DNA from: Nitrospirota bacterium
GTDB lineage: Bacteria; Nitrospirota; UBA9217
Length of the DNA stretch: 64,000 nt
Assembly: GCA_963737155.1 (NCBI GenBank)
Contig: CAVTRN010000002.1
Coordinates: 1,856,001-1,920,000, forward strand
Reading direction: 5' to 3'
In this document: piece after piece, positions 39,481-50,822 of the stretch
How positions within the stretch are numbered: the first letter of the stretch is position 1
How the letters are laid out: every line of letters begins with the position of its first letter
Program-made: the position numbers and the translations under genes
The notes under the pieces: generated by a model
Databases searched by the model: none
The model's input: the letters and a program-made list of their open reading frames with translations, nothing else
What the model was told of the DNA's origin: nothing

Positions 39481-42400
39481 CTATGCCTTAACTACATTGA
39501 CCATGAAGGCTTTGGATTCCGGTATCATGGTATTGGGGTCCCCTATAGTCGGAGTTAGTAGGTTTGCGCTGTCTCCGCCACTACCATCTACGGGATATTG
39601 CCAACCGAAGTGCCAGGGAAGACCGACCTGGTGTACGGTGGTTCCGCCGATTTTGAATGGTTTGAACCGGCTCGTAACGACTGCAATGGCCCACAGTTCA
39701 CCGCGTCCGGATTTGACGATGACTTTTTCGCCGTTGTTTATCCCCTTTGCACTGGCCAGTTCCTCACTCAGTTCTACAAACATCTGGGGCTGCATTTCGA
39801 GCTGCCAGGGTTCATGCCTTGTTATGACGCCGGTCTGCCAGTGTTCCGACACGCGGTAGGTGGTCGCCACAAAGGGGTATTGCACGTTGCAGGAGAAGTA
39901 GACGTCTTCCTTTCCTCCGAAGAGCTTTATTATCGGGTTTACTCGCTGCTTTGACATTATGTTTTCTTCAAGGGGGCACTCAAGCGCTTCGTAGTGCTCA
40001 GGGAAGGGGCCGTCGTCCAGTCCCGACCCGAATATGGCTCCTACGCCAGTTGCGATCATGATAAAGGGGTACTTGCCTTTTTCCGTGTCCATTGGCGGCG
40101 CAGGGCCATCAGGCACATCGCCCACCCAGGTGCCAAGCTTCTTCGATACTGGATCTTCCTTAACCGGATCCCATTTGATGACCGCGCGCTTCGAGTCCCA
40201 TGGTTTACCATGGGGATCCACTGATGCGCGGTTGTAGATGATGCGTCTGTTCACTGGCCAGGCCCAGGCCCATTCCGGGTACATGCCAAGACCGGTTGGG
40301 TCGTTCTTGCCGCGCCGCGCCATCATGTTAATGATTTTGCCTTCCTTTTGCGTGAAGCTCTGGGAATATATCCAATTGCCGCAGGATGTTGTGCCATCGG
40401 CCTGCAAGTGAACAAAGGATGCACAGAGGTCTCCTTTTTTGCCGAGGAGCTTCGGTGGCGTTGCACTCTTGTCGTATACGTCTTCCAAGTAATAGCCATT
40501 GATCTCTTTGGCGACGTTGTGGATATTGATTTCCTTGACTTTGCCGTCCGGACCTTTTTCACCGTAGTTCCAGGTAAGGTTCAGGATGGGCGCTGGGAAT
40601 TTGCCGCCCCGTTTCTGGTACAGTTTCTTTACCCGGTAGTAGAGTTCATTCATAATGGCCGAGTCCGGCTTGGATTGTCCGATTGGTTCGATGGCTTTGT
40701 ACCGCCATTGCGCCCATCGGCCGGAGTTCGATATGCTGCCTACTTTTTCAACGGAGGAAACAGCGGGAAGGAGGAACACCTCGGTCTGGATGTCTTTGGG
40801 ATTCATGCCCGGACCTTTCCAGAACGATCCGGTTTCGTTGTCGAAGAGGTTGACATTCACCATCCATTTGAGCTTGGTGAGCGCGAGCCTTGTCTTATTC
40901 GAATTCGCTCCGGAGCATGCGGGATTCTGCCCCCAAGCGAAGAAGCCTTCGAATTTTCCTTTCAGCATCTGGTCGAAAAGCATGAGCCACGAAGCATTCA
41001 AACCTTCGTCAAGCTTTGGAAGCCAGGCGTACCCAAAGTCGTTCTCTTTCTGTGCCGCGTTGCCGTAAATCGCTTTGAGGTAACTGGTGATGTATTTACC
41101 GCGATTCGACCACCAGTTCACGCTCTTCGGGTCCTTGGTCTTGGGGGTGTATTTTTCAATATACGTTTTCAGATCAACGAGCGGGCCTGCCGGCGTCGGG
41201 AGATAGCCGGTAAGCGTGTTGAACAGGAGGCCGTGATCCGTCGAGCCCTGGACATTGCTTTCCCCTCGCAAGGCGTTGATGCCGCCGCCAGCCATGCCCA
41301 TATTCCCAAGCAGCAGCTGAATGATCGACATGGCCCGGATGTTCTGCGTTCCAACCGTATGTTGCGTCCATCCCATCGCATACAGCTCGGTCCCAACACG
41401 GTTCGGCTTGCCGGTAGAAGCATAGAGCTTGTATACTTCTAGGAGTTTTTCCTTGGGTGTGCCGGTGATGCTTGAAACCTTGTCGAGCGTATAACGTGAG
41501 TAATGCTTCTTCAGGAGCTGGAATACACAATGGGGGTCCTGGAGCATGGGATCCTTCTTGGGAATGCCATTCTCGTCCATCTGGAAGGACCAGGTCTTTT
41601 TATCGTACTTCCGCGTTTTATCTTCATAGCCCGAGAACAGTCCGCTCAGGTCGCCGGGGTCCTTAAAATCGGCGTTGATAAGAAAAGGTGCATTGGTATA
41701 CTTGACGACGTATTCCTTGAAATAGAGGTTATTGTGAAGAATGTACTTGATCATGCCACCGAGAAAGGCGATGTCTGTGCCGGAGCGCATCGGTACATAG
41801 AGATCCGCCTTTGTCGCGGTTTGCGTGAAACGGGGATCGACGACGATCAGCTTTCCACCCTGTTCCTGCGCCTTCATGATCCATTTCATGGAAATAGGGT
41901 GGTTTGAAGCAGGGTTGCTGCCCATTACAAGTATGACATCTGCATTGCGAATATCGATCCAATGATTCGTCATTGCACCGCGCCCGAACGACTCTCCCAG
42001 AGCCGCTACAGTTGCGGAGTGTCAAATGCGCGCCTGGTGTTCTATATATACGAGGCCCCAAGACCTCAGCATCTTCTGAAGCATATAGCATTCTTCATTG
42101 TCCAGGGCCGCGCTCCCCACGTGGGCGATGGCATCGGTCCTATTTACGACAAAATCCTTCATAACCTCTTTTTCTATGCCATCAGCTGTTTTTTCCTTTA
42201 CTTTCGATTTCGAGGTCATTTTAAAATTTCGGTCGCGGGTATCCTTAACTCTTTTTGCTATTTCGTCAAGCGCCCAGTCCCATTCCACCTCTTTCCATTC
42301 CGTTGCGCCCGCGGCCCGGTATTTCGGCTTAATGAGCCGCTGCGGATTATTAATGACCTCGAACAACGATGCGCCTTTTGAGCAGAGCCTTCCCTCATTA

Positions 42401-42627
42401 ATCGGATGATCAGGGTCACCCTCGGTATTCACGACTTGTCCTGCCTTGGTGTGGACGATAAGTCCGCACCCGACAGAGCAGTAGGGACATATTGTGCGTG
42501 TCACCACGGCGCCTTCGATCCTGAGCTCCTGCGCAACGGCCTCTGCCGGATCAAGTCTTACACCAAGTGAGCCAACCAGAACGGAACTACCGGAGAGCTT
42601 CATGAATTCGCGTCTCGATACTCCCAT
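39481..42627 (-). CDS. fdnG: Selenocysteine-containing formate dehydrogenase alpha subunit (about 1048 aa, Tat-exported)
   Basis: SRREFMK Tat motif, CPYCSVGC; in-frame TGA at 42022-42024 in QARI-U-HSATV...FGRGAMTNHW joins the two ORF-track halves. Confidence 0.96.
41988..42006 (-). promoter_or_regulatory. Bacterial SECIS hairpin
   Basis: GCGGCUCU-GGG-AGAGUCGU stem-loop starting 15 nt after the UGA. Confidence 0.7.
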
Positions 42628-43055
42628 ATGCCCTTCCTCCTTAGATACCGATTTTTACTTATTTTTTTGAGGTCAATGTAAGGAATATAATGCTGGAACG
42701 ATCATTGACCATTACTGAGCCGCTGGTCAACTTGAGTTGAGGCAGGGTACTTTGAATTTATTGAGATCAGAGACAATCGTAAGATTATCTAATGAATGCA
42801 TTTGATTTACTATAGCAAAAAAACATGAAATTGTCGAGTTCGGGTTATATTTGGCACAGCCCGCTCAATCGCCTTGCCTTGAGAAAAACCAGGCCCTCAA
42901 TGAAACCTATAAACCGTGGCAAAACATCTCTGCCGCATCTGCGAACAGAATTATCAGCGATTCTCAGCAGCATTAGCGCACGATGCCGAAATCCTCGGCT
43001 TTCAAGAAACGGGAGAGTCGTCAATATTTTAAAAAAAAGAAAGACCTTTGATTTT

Positions 43056-43084
43056 TTGACAATCAGGCTGGCATCTGCTATTCT
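43056..43084 (+). promoter_or_regulatory. Sigma70-type promoter for hsp20-lon
   Basis: TTGACA-17 nt-TATTCT with an extended -10 TG. Confidence 0.5.
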
Positions 43085-43190
43085 TTGTAATATCAATGAA
43101 ATCTGCTGACTTAATTCCATTTTCTTTCCCGTCAAAAAACGTTATAATGAGCCAAGCATAAAACCCTTGTTATGAAAGGAGGTTTCCCAC

Positions 43191-43589
43191 GTGCGCTATC
43201 GTTATATCGCTTATAAATATTCTCGGCGGAAACAACCTGAGGCAGTTACCCAGAATATCTGGGAATCGTTCAGCACCTGGCCTCTCCACTCTACGATAGT
43301 ATGGAGACCACCGACAGACATTTATGAAACACCAGATGAAATTATTGTAGTAGTTGAACTAGCGGGTGTGGCAGAGGACGAAATGTCAGTAACACTGTTC
43401 AGCGATCTGCTTGTGGTGGAAGGCACAAGGGAACAACCGGTATTGGCCGAAATGAATGCATGTCATCAGTTAGGCATTAAATATGGTGATTTCAGGGCTG
43501 AGATTGCATTGCATGCTTCTGTTAATCACGAGCAGGTCACAGCGGCGTATAAGAACGGCTTATTGATCATAACCCTCCGTAAACTCTGA
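43191..43589 (+). CDS. Hsp20/alpha-crystallin small heat-shock protein
   Basis: WRPPTDIYET, VELAGV, AAYKNGLLIITL. Confidence 0.88.
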   Translation: MRYRYIAYKYSRRKQPEAVTQNIWESFSTWPLHSTIVWRPPTDIYETPDEIIVVVELAGVAEDEMSVTLFSDLLVVEGTREQPVLAEMNACHQLGIKYGDFRAEIALHASVNHEQVTAAYKNGLLIITLRKL

Positions 43590-43662
43590 GAGTCAAGGAA
43601 TTGCTTTGAAATTACGTGATAATTTATTGAATTTATTAAAAAAACGAGGCAGGAGCAAATCC

Positions 43663-46029
43663 ATGGATACCCCGCAAGAAAACAACCAGGAAAAGATACC
43701 ATCAGTGCCCGCGGAACTCCCTCTGTTGCCGCTTAAAGATACTGTCGTATATCCTCTTACGGTTTATCCACTCGTAATAGGCAAGGATAAGTCGATCAAA
43801 CTCGTCAACGACGTAACTATGGGAGATAAATTTCTCGCGTTAACAGCACAGAGGAAAATAGATATCGAGGTTGCCAGTATGGAGGACATTTACCCAATTG
43901 GGACTATGGCGAGAATCCTTCAGATGATCAAGGTTCCTGACGGAACGCTCAGGGTCCTTGTTCAAGGAATCGAGCGGATAAAAATAGCCAGCTTCATTCA
44001 GACCGAGCCCTACATCAAGGCGCGTGTTTCGGCACAGACAGACAAATCGGAGAAGTCAGTCGAGCTTGATGCGCTTATGCGTGGAATATCCGAGATGTTC
44101 CAGAAAATGGTATCGCTGACGCCGAACATGCCCGAAGAACTCTCCTCGGCGGCGGTCAACATTGACGATCCGCGGCAGCTTGCTTATCTCATTGCCACAA
44201 ATATCCGGATTGATCTTCCGCAGCGACAGGAGATACTTGAATCCGACCTGGTTTTCGACAAACTCAATAAACTAATGCAATACTTGAATCGCGAGGTCGA
44301 GGTCCTCGAACTGGGCAGAAAAATCCAAGGGCAGGCCCGGGACCAGATGCAGAAAGCGGAGCGGGAATATCTGCTACGACAGCAGCTATCCGCTATTCGC
44401 AAGGAACTTGGCGAGGAGGCTGATGAAGGTTCAGAGATTAAAATCCTGCGGGAAAAGATCGATCAGGAAAAGCTGCCTCCTGAAGCGGATAAAGAGGCCA
44501 GACGTGAACTGGGTCGTATGGAAAAACTTTCTGCCTCGTCTCCCGAGTATTCGGTGATCCGCACCTATCTCGAATGGATGACAAATCTCCCATGGAACAA
44601 AACTTCGGCCACCGCCATCGATATCGCAAAGGCCAAGATCACCCTTGACGAAGACCACTATGATCTCGAAAAAGTGAAAGACCGCATTTTGGAATACCTA
44701 TCCGTTAAGAAGCTGGGTGAAGATCGTGGCTATCAGGAGGGTGTAAAAACCCGGGAGCCAATCCTCTGTTTCGTTGGCCCCCCCGGCGTGGGGAAAACGT
44801 CGCTGGGCCAGTCCATCGCACGTGCGCTTGGCAGGAAATTCATGCGACAATCTTTCGGCGGTCTGCATGATGAAGCCGAGATCAGAGGTCACCGCCGTAC
44901 CTATATCGGCGCTATGCCCGGCCGCATCATTCAAGCCATCAAGCGCGTCGAAACCAGGGATCCGGTGCTTATGCTTGATGAGGTCGATAAGGTCGGATCG
45001 GATTGGCGCGGTGATCCGTCGTCGGCACTACTCGAGGTGCTCGACCCCGAGCAGAACAAGGATTTTCGCGACAATTATCTTGATGTACCCTTCGATCTTT
45101 CGAAGGTCATGTTCATCACGACTGCCAACCAGCTCGAAACAATCCCGCCGCCACTGCTCGATCGTATGGAAGTGATCACTCTGCCAGGATACACGGAGCA
45201 TGAAAAACTGAACATAGCCCTAAAATATCTGATCCCGAAGGAGATCAAGGCTAATGCGCTCAAACTCGAGGAAGTCGTTTTTGAGGATGATGCACTCAGG
45301 GGGATCATAAAGGACTATACGCGCGAGGCTGGCGTCAGGAACCTAGAACGCGAAATAGCGAATGTCTGCCGAAAGGTGGCCAAAGCCGTGGCCGAAGGAA
45401 AAGCGACGCCGATAACAATCAAGATGGAGGAACTTCACGACTACCTCGGAAGGCCAAGGTTTTTTGCGGAAACGGCGATCATGATCGACCGGCCGGGTGT
45501 GGTTACCGGACTGGCCTGGACACCAACCGGTGGGGACATCCTCTTTGTGGAAGCAACACAGATGCCCGGGAACAAGCAGCTCACGCTTACAGGACAGCTC
45601 GGCGATGTTATGAAGGAATCAGCCCAGGCTGCGTTGTCCTACGTCCGTTCGCAAGCCGAGGCATTCGGAATCAAGAAAGACTTCTTTGAAAAGTCCGACA
45701 TTCATATTCATGTACCGGCGGGAGCAATTCCGAAGGACGGACCCTCCGCAGGCGTCACCATGACCACCGCGATCGTATCCATGCTCACAGGCAGGCTGGT
45801 GAAGCATGACTTGGCCATGACGGGAGAAATCACTCTTCGCGGCAAAGTCATGCCGATCGGCGGGTTGAAAGAGAAAGTGCTGGCTGCTAGACGAGCGGGG
45901 ATCAAGACTATCATTATTCCAGAAAAAAACAAGAACGACCTCGAGGACGTGCCCGAGGATGTGAAGAAGGAGATGAATTTTATCTTTGCGGATACCATCG
46001 ATCAGGTCATTAATAACGCGTTGATATAG
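43663..46029 (+). CDS. lon: Lon protease
   Basis: GPPGVGKTS, GHRRTYIGAMPG, PKDGPSAG, IGGLKEK; AGGAG before ATG 43663. Confidence 0.98.
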   Translation: MDTPQENNQEKIPSVPAELPLLPLKDTVVYPLTVYPLVIGKDKSIKLVNDVTMGDKFLALTAQRKIDIEVASMEDIYPIGTMARILQMIKVPDGTLRVLVQGIERIKIASFIQTEPYIKARVSAQTDKSEKSVELDALMRGISEMFQKMVSLTPNMPEELSSAAVNIDDPRQLAYLIATNIRIDLPQRQEILESDLVFDKLNKLMQYLNREVEVLELGRKIQGQARDQMQKAEREYLLRQQLSAIRKELGEEADEGSEIKILREKIDQEKLPPEADKEARRELGRMEKLSASSPEYSVIRTYLEWMTNLPWNKTSATAIDIAKAKITLDEDHYDLEKVKDRILEYLSVKKLGEDRGYQEGVKTREPILCFVGPPGVGKTSLGQSIARALGRKFMRQSFGGLHDEAEIRGHRRTYIGAMPGRIIQAIKRVETRDPVLMLDEVDKVGSDWRGDPSSALLEVLDPEQNKDFRDNYLDVPFDLSKVMFITTANQLETIPPPLLDRMEVITLPGYTEHEKLNIALKYLIPKEIKANALKLEEVVFEDDALRGIIKDYTREAGVRNLEREIANVCRKVAKAVAEGKATPITIKMEELHDYLGRPRFFAETAIMIDRPGVVTGLAWTPTGGDILFVEATQMPGNKQLTLTGQLGDVMKESAQAALSYVRSQAEAFGIKKDFFEKSDIHIHVPAGAIPKDGPSAGVTMTTAIVSMLTGRLVKHDLAMTGEITLRGKVMPIGGLKEKVLAARRAGIKTIIIPEKNKNDLEDVPEDVKKEMNFIFADTIDQVINNALI

Positions 46030-46079
46030 TACGTCGTTCACTGCTTTAAATAGGTATAATTCAGGGTTCAGCACTCAAA

Positions 46080-46973
46080 ATGAATACCATTCATAAGGCT
46101 TCTCATTCAAACCATGCGGAAAGGCTTCCGTCTTGGTTTAAAATACGACTTACCACAAGCGAGCGTCTCGGGGAAGTGCGAAGCCTGATTAGAAAGAACA
46201 AATTACACACGGTCTGTACAAGCGCGTCCTGCCCGAACCAGACCGAATGCTGGAATGCCGGCACGGCAACCTTTCTGATCCTCGGGAACAGCTGCACGCG
46301 CTCCTGCGGGTTCTGCAACGTGCCAAAAGGGACACCGCAAAGCATTGAAGCGGATGAACCAGACCGCGTCGCAAGCGCTGTTGAAGCACTTAAACTTACC
46401 TACGCAGTGATTACCTCGGTTACAAGGGATGATCTGCCCGACGGCGGATCTACACTATTCGCGGAGACCATAAGAGCAATTCGCAAGCGAATTCCCCGGT
46501 GCCATGTGGAAGTATTGATCCCCGATTTGCAGGGTTCTGAATCCGCTCTCCATACGGTGCTCGAAGCACAGCCTGATGTTTTGAATCACAATATAGAAAC
46601 CGTGCCGTCTCTTTATAAATGCGTCCGGCCACAGGCGGATTATGGCAGGTCAATTGAACTACTTTCGCGAGCGCATGCGTTCGGCGCTGTAACAAAAACG
46701 GGGATGATGCTCGGTTTGGGGGAGTGTAGGGAAGAAATTTTCTCGGTTTTGCAGGACTTGCGGCAAGTCGGCTGTTCCCTCCTGACAATCGGCCAGTATC
46801 TTCAGCCCGGCAAGAACTCTCTTCCGGTCAAACGGTATTACCATCCTGATGAATTTCTTGAACTTCGTGACCAGGCCATCTTGATGGGGTTCAGCCATGT
46901 GGTGGCAGGCCCACTGGTAAGAAGTTCCTATCACGCTGGGAAACACATAACTGAATCAAAACCGGTACTGTGA
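46080..46973 (+). CDS. lipA: Lipoyl synthase
   Basis: CTSASCPNQTEC and CTRSCGFC motifs, NHNIETV, LVRSSY. Confidence 0.96.
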   Translation: MNTIHKASHSNHAERLPSWFKIRLTTSERLGEVRSLIRKNKLHTVCTSASCPNQTECWNAGTATFLILGNSCTRSCGFCNVPKGTPQSIEADEPDRVASAVEALKLTYAVITSVTRDDLPDGGSTLFAETIRAIRKRIPRCHVEVLIPDLQGSESALHTVLEAQPDVLNHNIETVPSLYKCVRPQADYGRSIELLSRAHAFGAVTKTGMMLGLGECREEIFSVLQDLRQVGCSLLTIGQYLQPGKNSLPVKRYYHPDEFLELRDQAILMGFSHVVAGPLVRSSYHAGKHITESKPVL

Positions 46974-47018
46974 TTCATATTTCCTGAAAAAACTAATGGA
47001 CACAAGGAACACCAATAG

Positions 47019-47261
47019 ATGAATATTACGGTCATTGTACCAACTTATAAACGTCCGCAGGCTCTAAGGCTTTCTTTCCTAAATTTTGTTAATCAAGGCT
47101 TGCTGCCGAATGAAGTCATGATTGCCGATAACGGCAGCAGCAGAGAGACCCGTGAAACAGTGCTTGAAATGAAAATGGCTCTTCTGGATTTAGCTGCAGC
47201 AAGGTCAAAACCCTTTCTGTTGTCATGGTCTTGGGAAAGAGGGCAGATGGTATGGTGCTGA
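47019..47261 (+). pseudogene. Truncated GT2 glycosyltransferase N-terminus
   Basis: VIVPTYKRP...EVMIADNGS, then similarity is lost; only 80 aa. Confidence 0.65.
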
Positions 47262-47271
47262 GGTGGTGTTT

Positions 47272-48393
47272 ATGAAAATTCTCTATGTGTTGAACGGATC
47301 CAACTTCTCGAGCGCCGGAGGGATGGAATATCATCTAATTGATATCACAAACTGGCTGGAATCTAAAGGGGTTAAAACAGCCATTGCGGTCAGAAAAGGA
47401 ACGTATATTCAAAAGAACCTGCTTAAAGACAAATCCCACATCTACCCCTTGGCGTGGACAGGGATAGCAAAAGTATATGCATTTGTTCAGGCGGCAATAG
47501 CGATTGTTGACTTCGCACCGGATATTATTTCTATAAATCGCGAGCGTGACATCAAGCGTATTTATTATATTGTCAAATTCACGAGCATTTTCTTGAAGAA
47601 AAACCCGAAACTCATTGCAATATTTCAAAATATAGGATGGAGGGATAAATTTGATCTGTCGAAGCTTGACGGCTTAATATTCTTAAACAATTACACAAAA
47701 CAGAATTATTTAGCTTGGAATAAAGACGCGGAGAATAAATCAAAAATCATCTATTACGGGGTTCCCATGCCACTGATAGATCAGGTGGAGAAATTCAATC
47801 CCAGTAGGGAACGAAGATTTTTTAAGGGACTCGGGTTCCCGCTTATTGGCATGGTCGGAGAATTTCGGAAGAACCAGATCGAATTGATTGATGTTGCGTT
47901 TGAACTGAAGAAAAAAGTCCGTGATTTTACCATGGTATTTGTAGGGAAAGGTTCTGAGGAACAAATTCGGCCGTTGCGGGAAAAAATAGACCGGTTGGGG
48001 TTAGCGTCAAACTTTCTTTTTGCGGGCAATATTGATCGTTCCCGCATGCTGGATGCTTTTTATGATTTCGATTTGTCAGTTACTACCAACCGTGAGGAGG
48101 CCTTTGGATTGGCCTTTATCGAATCACTAGCGTCTTATACGCCACTTGTCGCTTATGCTTCTGGAGGGCCAGTGGAAATACTCGAGAAAGGTGGTGGCAT
48201 ACTCGTGTCGGGAGGACCAGCAGAAATGGCTGAAAAACTGTATCAGCTCATATCGGATCCGATGTTAATAAAATCCTTGGGCGTGGCTGGAAGGAATGCT
48301 GCGGAACAATATTTCAGCATAGATGTCATGGGTGAAAATCATTACCGTTTTTATAATAATATACTCTCGGATAATTATCATGATATCGCATGA
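47272..48393 (+). CDS. Glycosyltransferase family 4
   Basis: GGMEYH, EAFGLAFIESL, SGGPVEIL; AT-rich. Confidence 0.88.
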   Translation: MKILYVLNGSNFSSAGGMEYHLIDITNWLESKGVKTAIAVRKGTYIQKNLLKDKSHIYPLAWTGIAKVYAFVQAAIAIVDFAPDIISINRERDIKRIYYIVKFTSIFLKKNPKLIAIFQNIGWRDKFDLSKLDGLIFLNNYTKQNYLAWNKDAENKSKIIYYGVPMPLIDQVEKFNPSRERRFFKGLGFPLIGMVGEFRKNQIELIDVAFELKKKVRDFTMVFVGKGSEEQIRPLREKIDRLGLASNFLFAGNIDRSRMLDAFYDFDLSVTTNREEAFGLAFIESLASYTPLVAYASGGPVEILEKGGGILVSGGPAEMAEKLYQLISDPMLIKSLGVAGRNAAEQYFSIDVMGENHYRFYNNILSDNYHDIA

Positions 48394-48559
48394 AGCAGCG
48401 GCATTTGTCATTGCAAGAAGAGCGCAAAGATATTCCGAGTCGCTTGTGCTGGCCAGAACCGCCTCCCCCTCAACCTGCAATTATTCGAGCGGAGCGCCTC
48501 AGTCTCGAACCATATATAACGATTTTGAATTATGGGACAGGTTAAAGGAAAGGGGTTTG

Positions 48560-48742
48560 TGGCAGTCAGCACAGGCATCATGAACCTTGATCATTCGCTC
48601 TTTGGCAAACCCTTACCTTTGTTATAGCACGTCGGTGATCGCCTGGCATCGGGGGGACAGGCTGCAGCAAGCTTCCTGTCCTGGGGCAACTTCCCATATT
48701 CATTGACACCGATGATGCACACCCTGTAGAAGCCTTTGATGG
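48560..48742 (-). pseudogene. Caspase-like (peptidase C14) N-terminal remnant
   Basis: CIIGVNEYGKLP..KL...DA/AITDVL*QR*GFAKE with a frameshift and stops; fits the IG.N.Y...L....DA..I..VL...YGF pattern. Confidence 0.45.
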
Positions 48743-49894
48743 TTATGTCCTCTGATTGTCAGCCTGGTCAATACTCCCCGGCTCGCCTCCTCCTGTCATT
48801 AATGAGCAACAGGGCCCCATCTTCGCTTCAAGCGCTTGTATTACTTCATCAACGGTGATCATTGCAAAGCACGGGACGATGTCTTTTCCGTTCTTTGAAC
48901 ATTGCCGTATCGTGTCAAATGAACACACCGGACAATTGGTTCGTTTGATGAGCGTCGACACGCTCGGCGACAGGGGATACCAATACTCTGTCATTTTATT
49001 TCCCAATATCAGCGAGTTCGTTCGGACTGCTCCCGCAATGTGCCCCAATCCGCTGTCATTGCCGAGAAATAGCTTGCACCGCTTAATGATCGCAGCGGTC
49101 TGAAGAATGCTGGTCTTTCCCGTCACATCAAGGATGCGAGAGTGCTGCCCGAAATGGGCGTTCCAGAGCACTTCGCTATCCCGTGCTGAGCCGAGGATGA
49201 CTGTCGTGAAACCCTTTTCCGCAAAGTGCGTCGCAACGCTCCAAAACCGATCCAATGGCCACGTTTTTTTCGGATCAGACGCAAATGGGGCCAGGGCAAT
49301 CACTTTTTCGTCGGGTGCAATGCCCATTTCGGATAAAATGCAATCAGCCTCCTTCGATTCGTTCTGTGATAAAAATAGTTCAATAAAGGGATCATATATC
49401 TTCATGCCATCCATGGCAAGAAGGTCGAGAAATCTCTCGGCAATATTCCTTTCGAGACAAGAGTCGCCTATTTTTGTGAGCAAGAAACCACGTCGGCGAT
49501 TCGTGAATCCGTGGTGCGAAATATATCCGATCCTCTCCCGAGCGCCGATCAGATAGGCAAAGAGAGCAAATCGTATTTTTGACCCGAGGAGATATACTGT
49601 GTGATAATGTTGCTTCCGAAACCGTGCAATAAATTTTATTTTATCCTGAAGCCGGAACGACCCGTTCATCCTAAAATAGTTAAGATACTGCATATCGATC
49701 ACATGGATGGTTCTGACATACGGGTTGTAGCGATACAAATCACGTCCTTCGTCGTTGAACACCGCAAGATCAATCGTGGATCCTGGTTTGTTCATCGCCA
49801 GATTCCGTACGAAAGAACTGCATGATAATTGATCTCCAATGCCCTTCTGAAAGGGGATAACCAGGTATGATAAAACGGTATCGCCCGGCTTCAT
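48743..49894 (-). CDS. Glycosyltransferase family 9 (heptosyltransferase-like)
   Basis: GIGD, ALAPFAS..KKTWP, GKTSI, GNDSGLGHIAGA. Confidence 0.9.
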   Translation of the reverse strand: MKPGDTVLSYLVIPFQKGIGDQLSCSSFVRNLAMNKPGSTIDLAVFNDEGRDLYRYNPYVRTIHVIDMQYLNYFRMNGSFRLQDKIKFIARFRKQHYHTVYLLGSKIRFALFAYLIGARERIGYISHHGFTNRRRGFLLTKIGDSCLERNIAERFLDLLAMDGMKIYDPFIELFLSQNESKEADCILSEMGIAPDEKVIALAPFASDPKKTWPLDRFWSVATHFAEKGFTTVILGSARDSEVLWNAHFGQHSRILDVTGKTSILQTAAIIKRCKLFLGNDSGLGHIAGAVRTNSLILGNKMTEYWYPLSPSVSTLIKRTNCPVCSFDTIRQCSKNGKDIVPCFAMITVDEVIQALEAKMGPCCSLMTGGGEPGSIDQADNQRT

Positions 49895-49929
49895 ATTTCC
49901 TTCCTTCATTTTTCATAGAAAAGGGGAAT

Positions 49930-50220
49930 TAATATTTCTCTCCCTTTTTCGGGTTTTTTTATCAGAAAAAAGCGTGGAAAACTCTGCGTTAAGTGCTTAG
50001 TCCAATGCCCTGTCCGATTTTTGTGAACCCATATTCGCTCGAAAGCTGGGAAATGGTCTTTTCCTGCTTGGCCGCTTCAGGTGCAAATCTGGCCATAAAG
50101 GCCGCATCGTGATTCTTGTGCTCGTTGCTCATCCTGTATCTTATATCTGTTTTTGCGTGTTATTTTACCACTAAGTTCGATAAAAAACAGCCGAAAATTG
50201 AACACGTCAACGGTTCCACA
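49930..50220 (-). pseudogene. IS3-family OrfA remnant with a probable left end
   Basis: From ATG 50132: KNHDAAFMARFAPEAAKQEKTISQLSSEYG, continuing in a shifted frame as (V)HKN...W.KHL, the typical IS3 OrfA HTH. Confidence 0.6.
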
Positions 50221-50238
50221 GCAACATCCTGGAAGCAA

Positions 50239-50790
50239 GTAAATAACCCCGCAGCAAGCTGCGAGGCATTTTGACTAGAATCTAAAACCTATTTGCTCAT
50301 CATGCTGATACCGAATATAGTTTCTAATCACTTCCGCCGTTACTTTGTCGCCAACCGAACGGACAAAGTAACCATCGTTCCACAGTTCCCCTCCCCAGAG
50401 CTTTTTCTTTATCTCCGGGAACTCTTGGAACATTATTCTGGCAGAGATACTTTTAATCATTTGTACTACCTTCGCAGGCGCATACTTCGGAGGAACAACC
50501 AAAAACAAGTGTACATGGTCATCCATGACTTCCATCGTATCTATTTCCAAATCGTACTGTTCAGCTATCTCACGAAAGATTTCTTTCAATCGTTTCGTCA
50601 TGCGATCGTCGAACAGTTTTTTACGATATTTCGGTATCCATACGAAATGGTACTTGAGATCACAGACACAATGTCTGCTTCTTCTCAATGGGCTCATGGC
50701 CCGTATTGTATCAGAAAATCATCCTAACTTCGTCAGGATATCCTTTTCATCCCAGCAGCAAGCTGCTGGGTATTCAAGGATGTTTTTTAT
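50239..50790 (-). mobile_element. IS200-family insertion sequence (tnpA only)
   Basis: tnpA flanked by subterminal hairpins CCCCGCAGCAAGCTGCGAGG (50247-50266) and CCCAGCAGCAAGCTGCTGGG (50751-50770). Confidence 0.9.
50275..50697 (-). CDS. tnpA: Y1 (HUH) transposase TnpA
   Basis: YHFVWIPKYR, DHVHL (HUH), LWGGELWNDGYFV, IRNYIRYQ. Confidence 0.96.
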   Translation of the reverse strand: MSPLRRSRHCVCDLKYHFVWIPKYRKKLFDDRMTKRLKEIFREIAEQYDLEIDTMEVMDDHVHLFLVVPPKYAPAKVVQMIKSISARIMFQEFPEIKKKLWGGELWNDGYFVRSVGDKVTAEVIRNYIRYQHDEQIGFRF

Positions 50791-50822
50791 AAACATAAGA
50801 TAGATATCATTTTATTAGTACT

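Noticed and set aside
40348-41442. 364-aa plus-strand ORF and other long antisense ORFs (34689-35606, 37067-37843)
   Set aside because: Shadow frames of fdnG, dnaE and htpX with no recognisable motifs
41973-42024. fdnG as two genes or a nonsense pseudogene
   Set aside because: The TGA is at the catalytic Sec position, in frame, and followed by a SECIS-like hairpin
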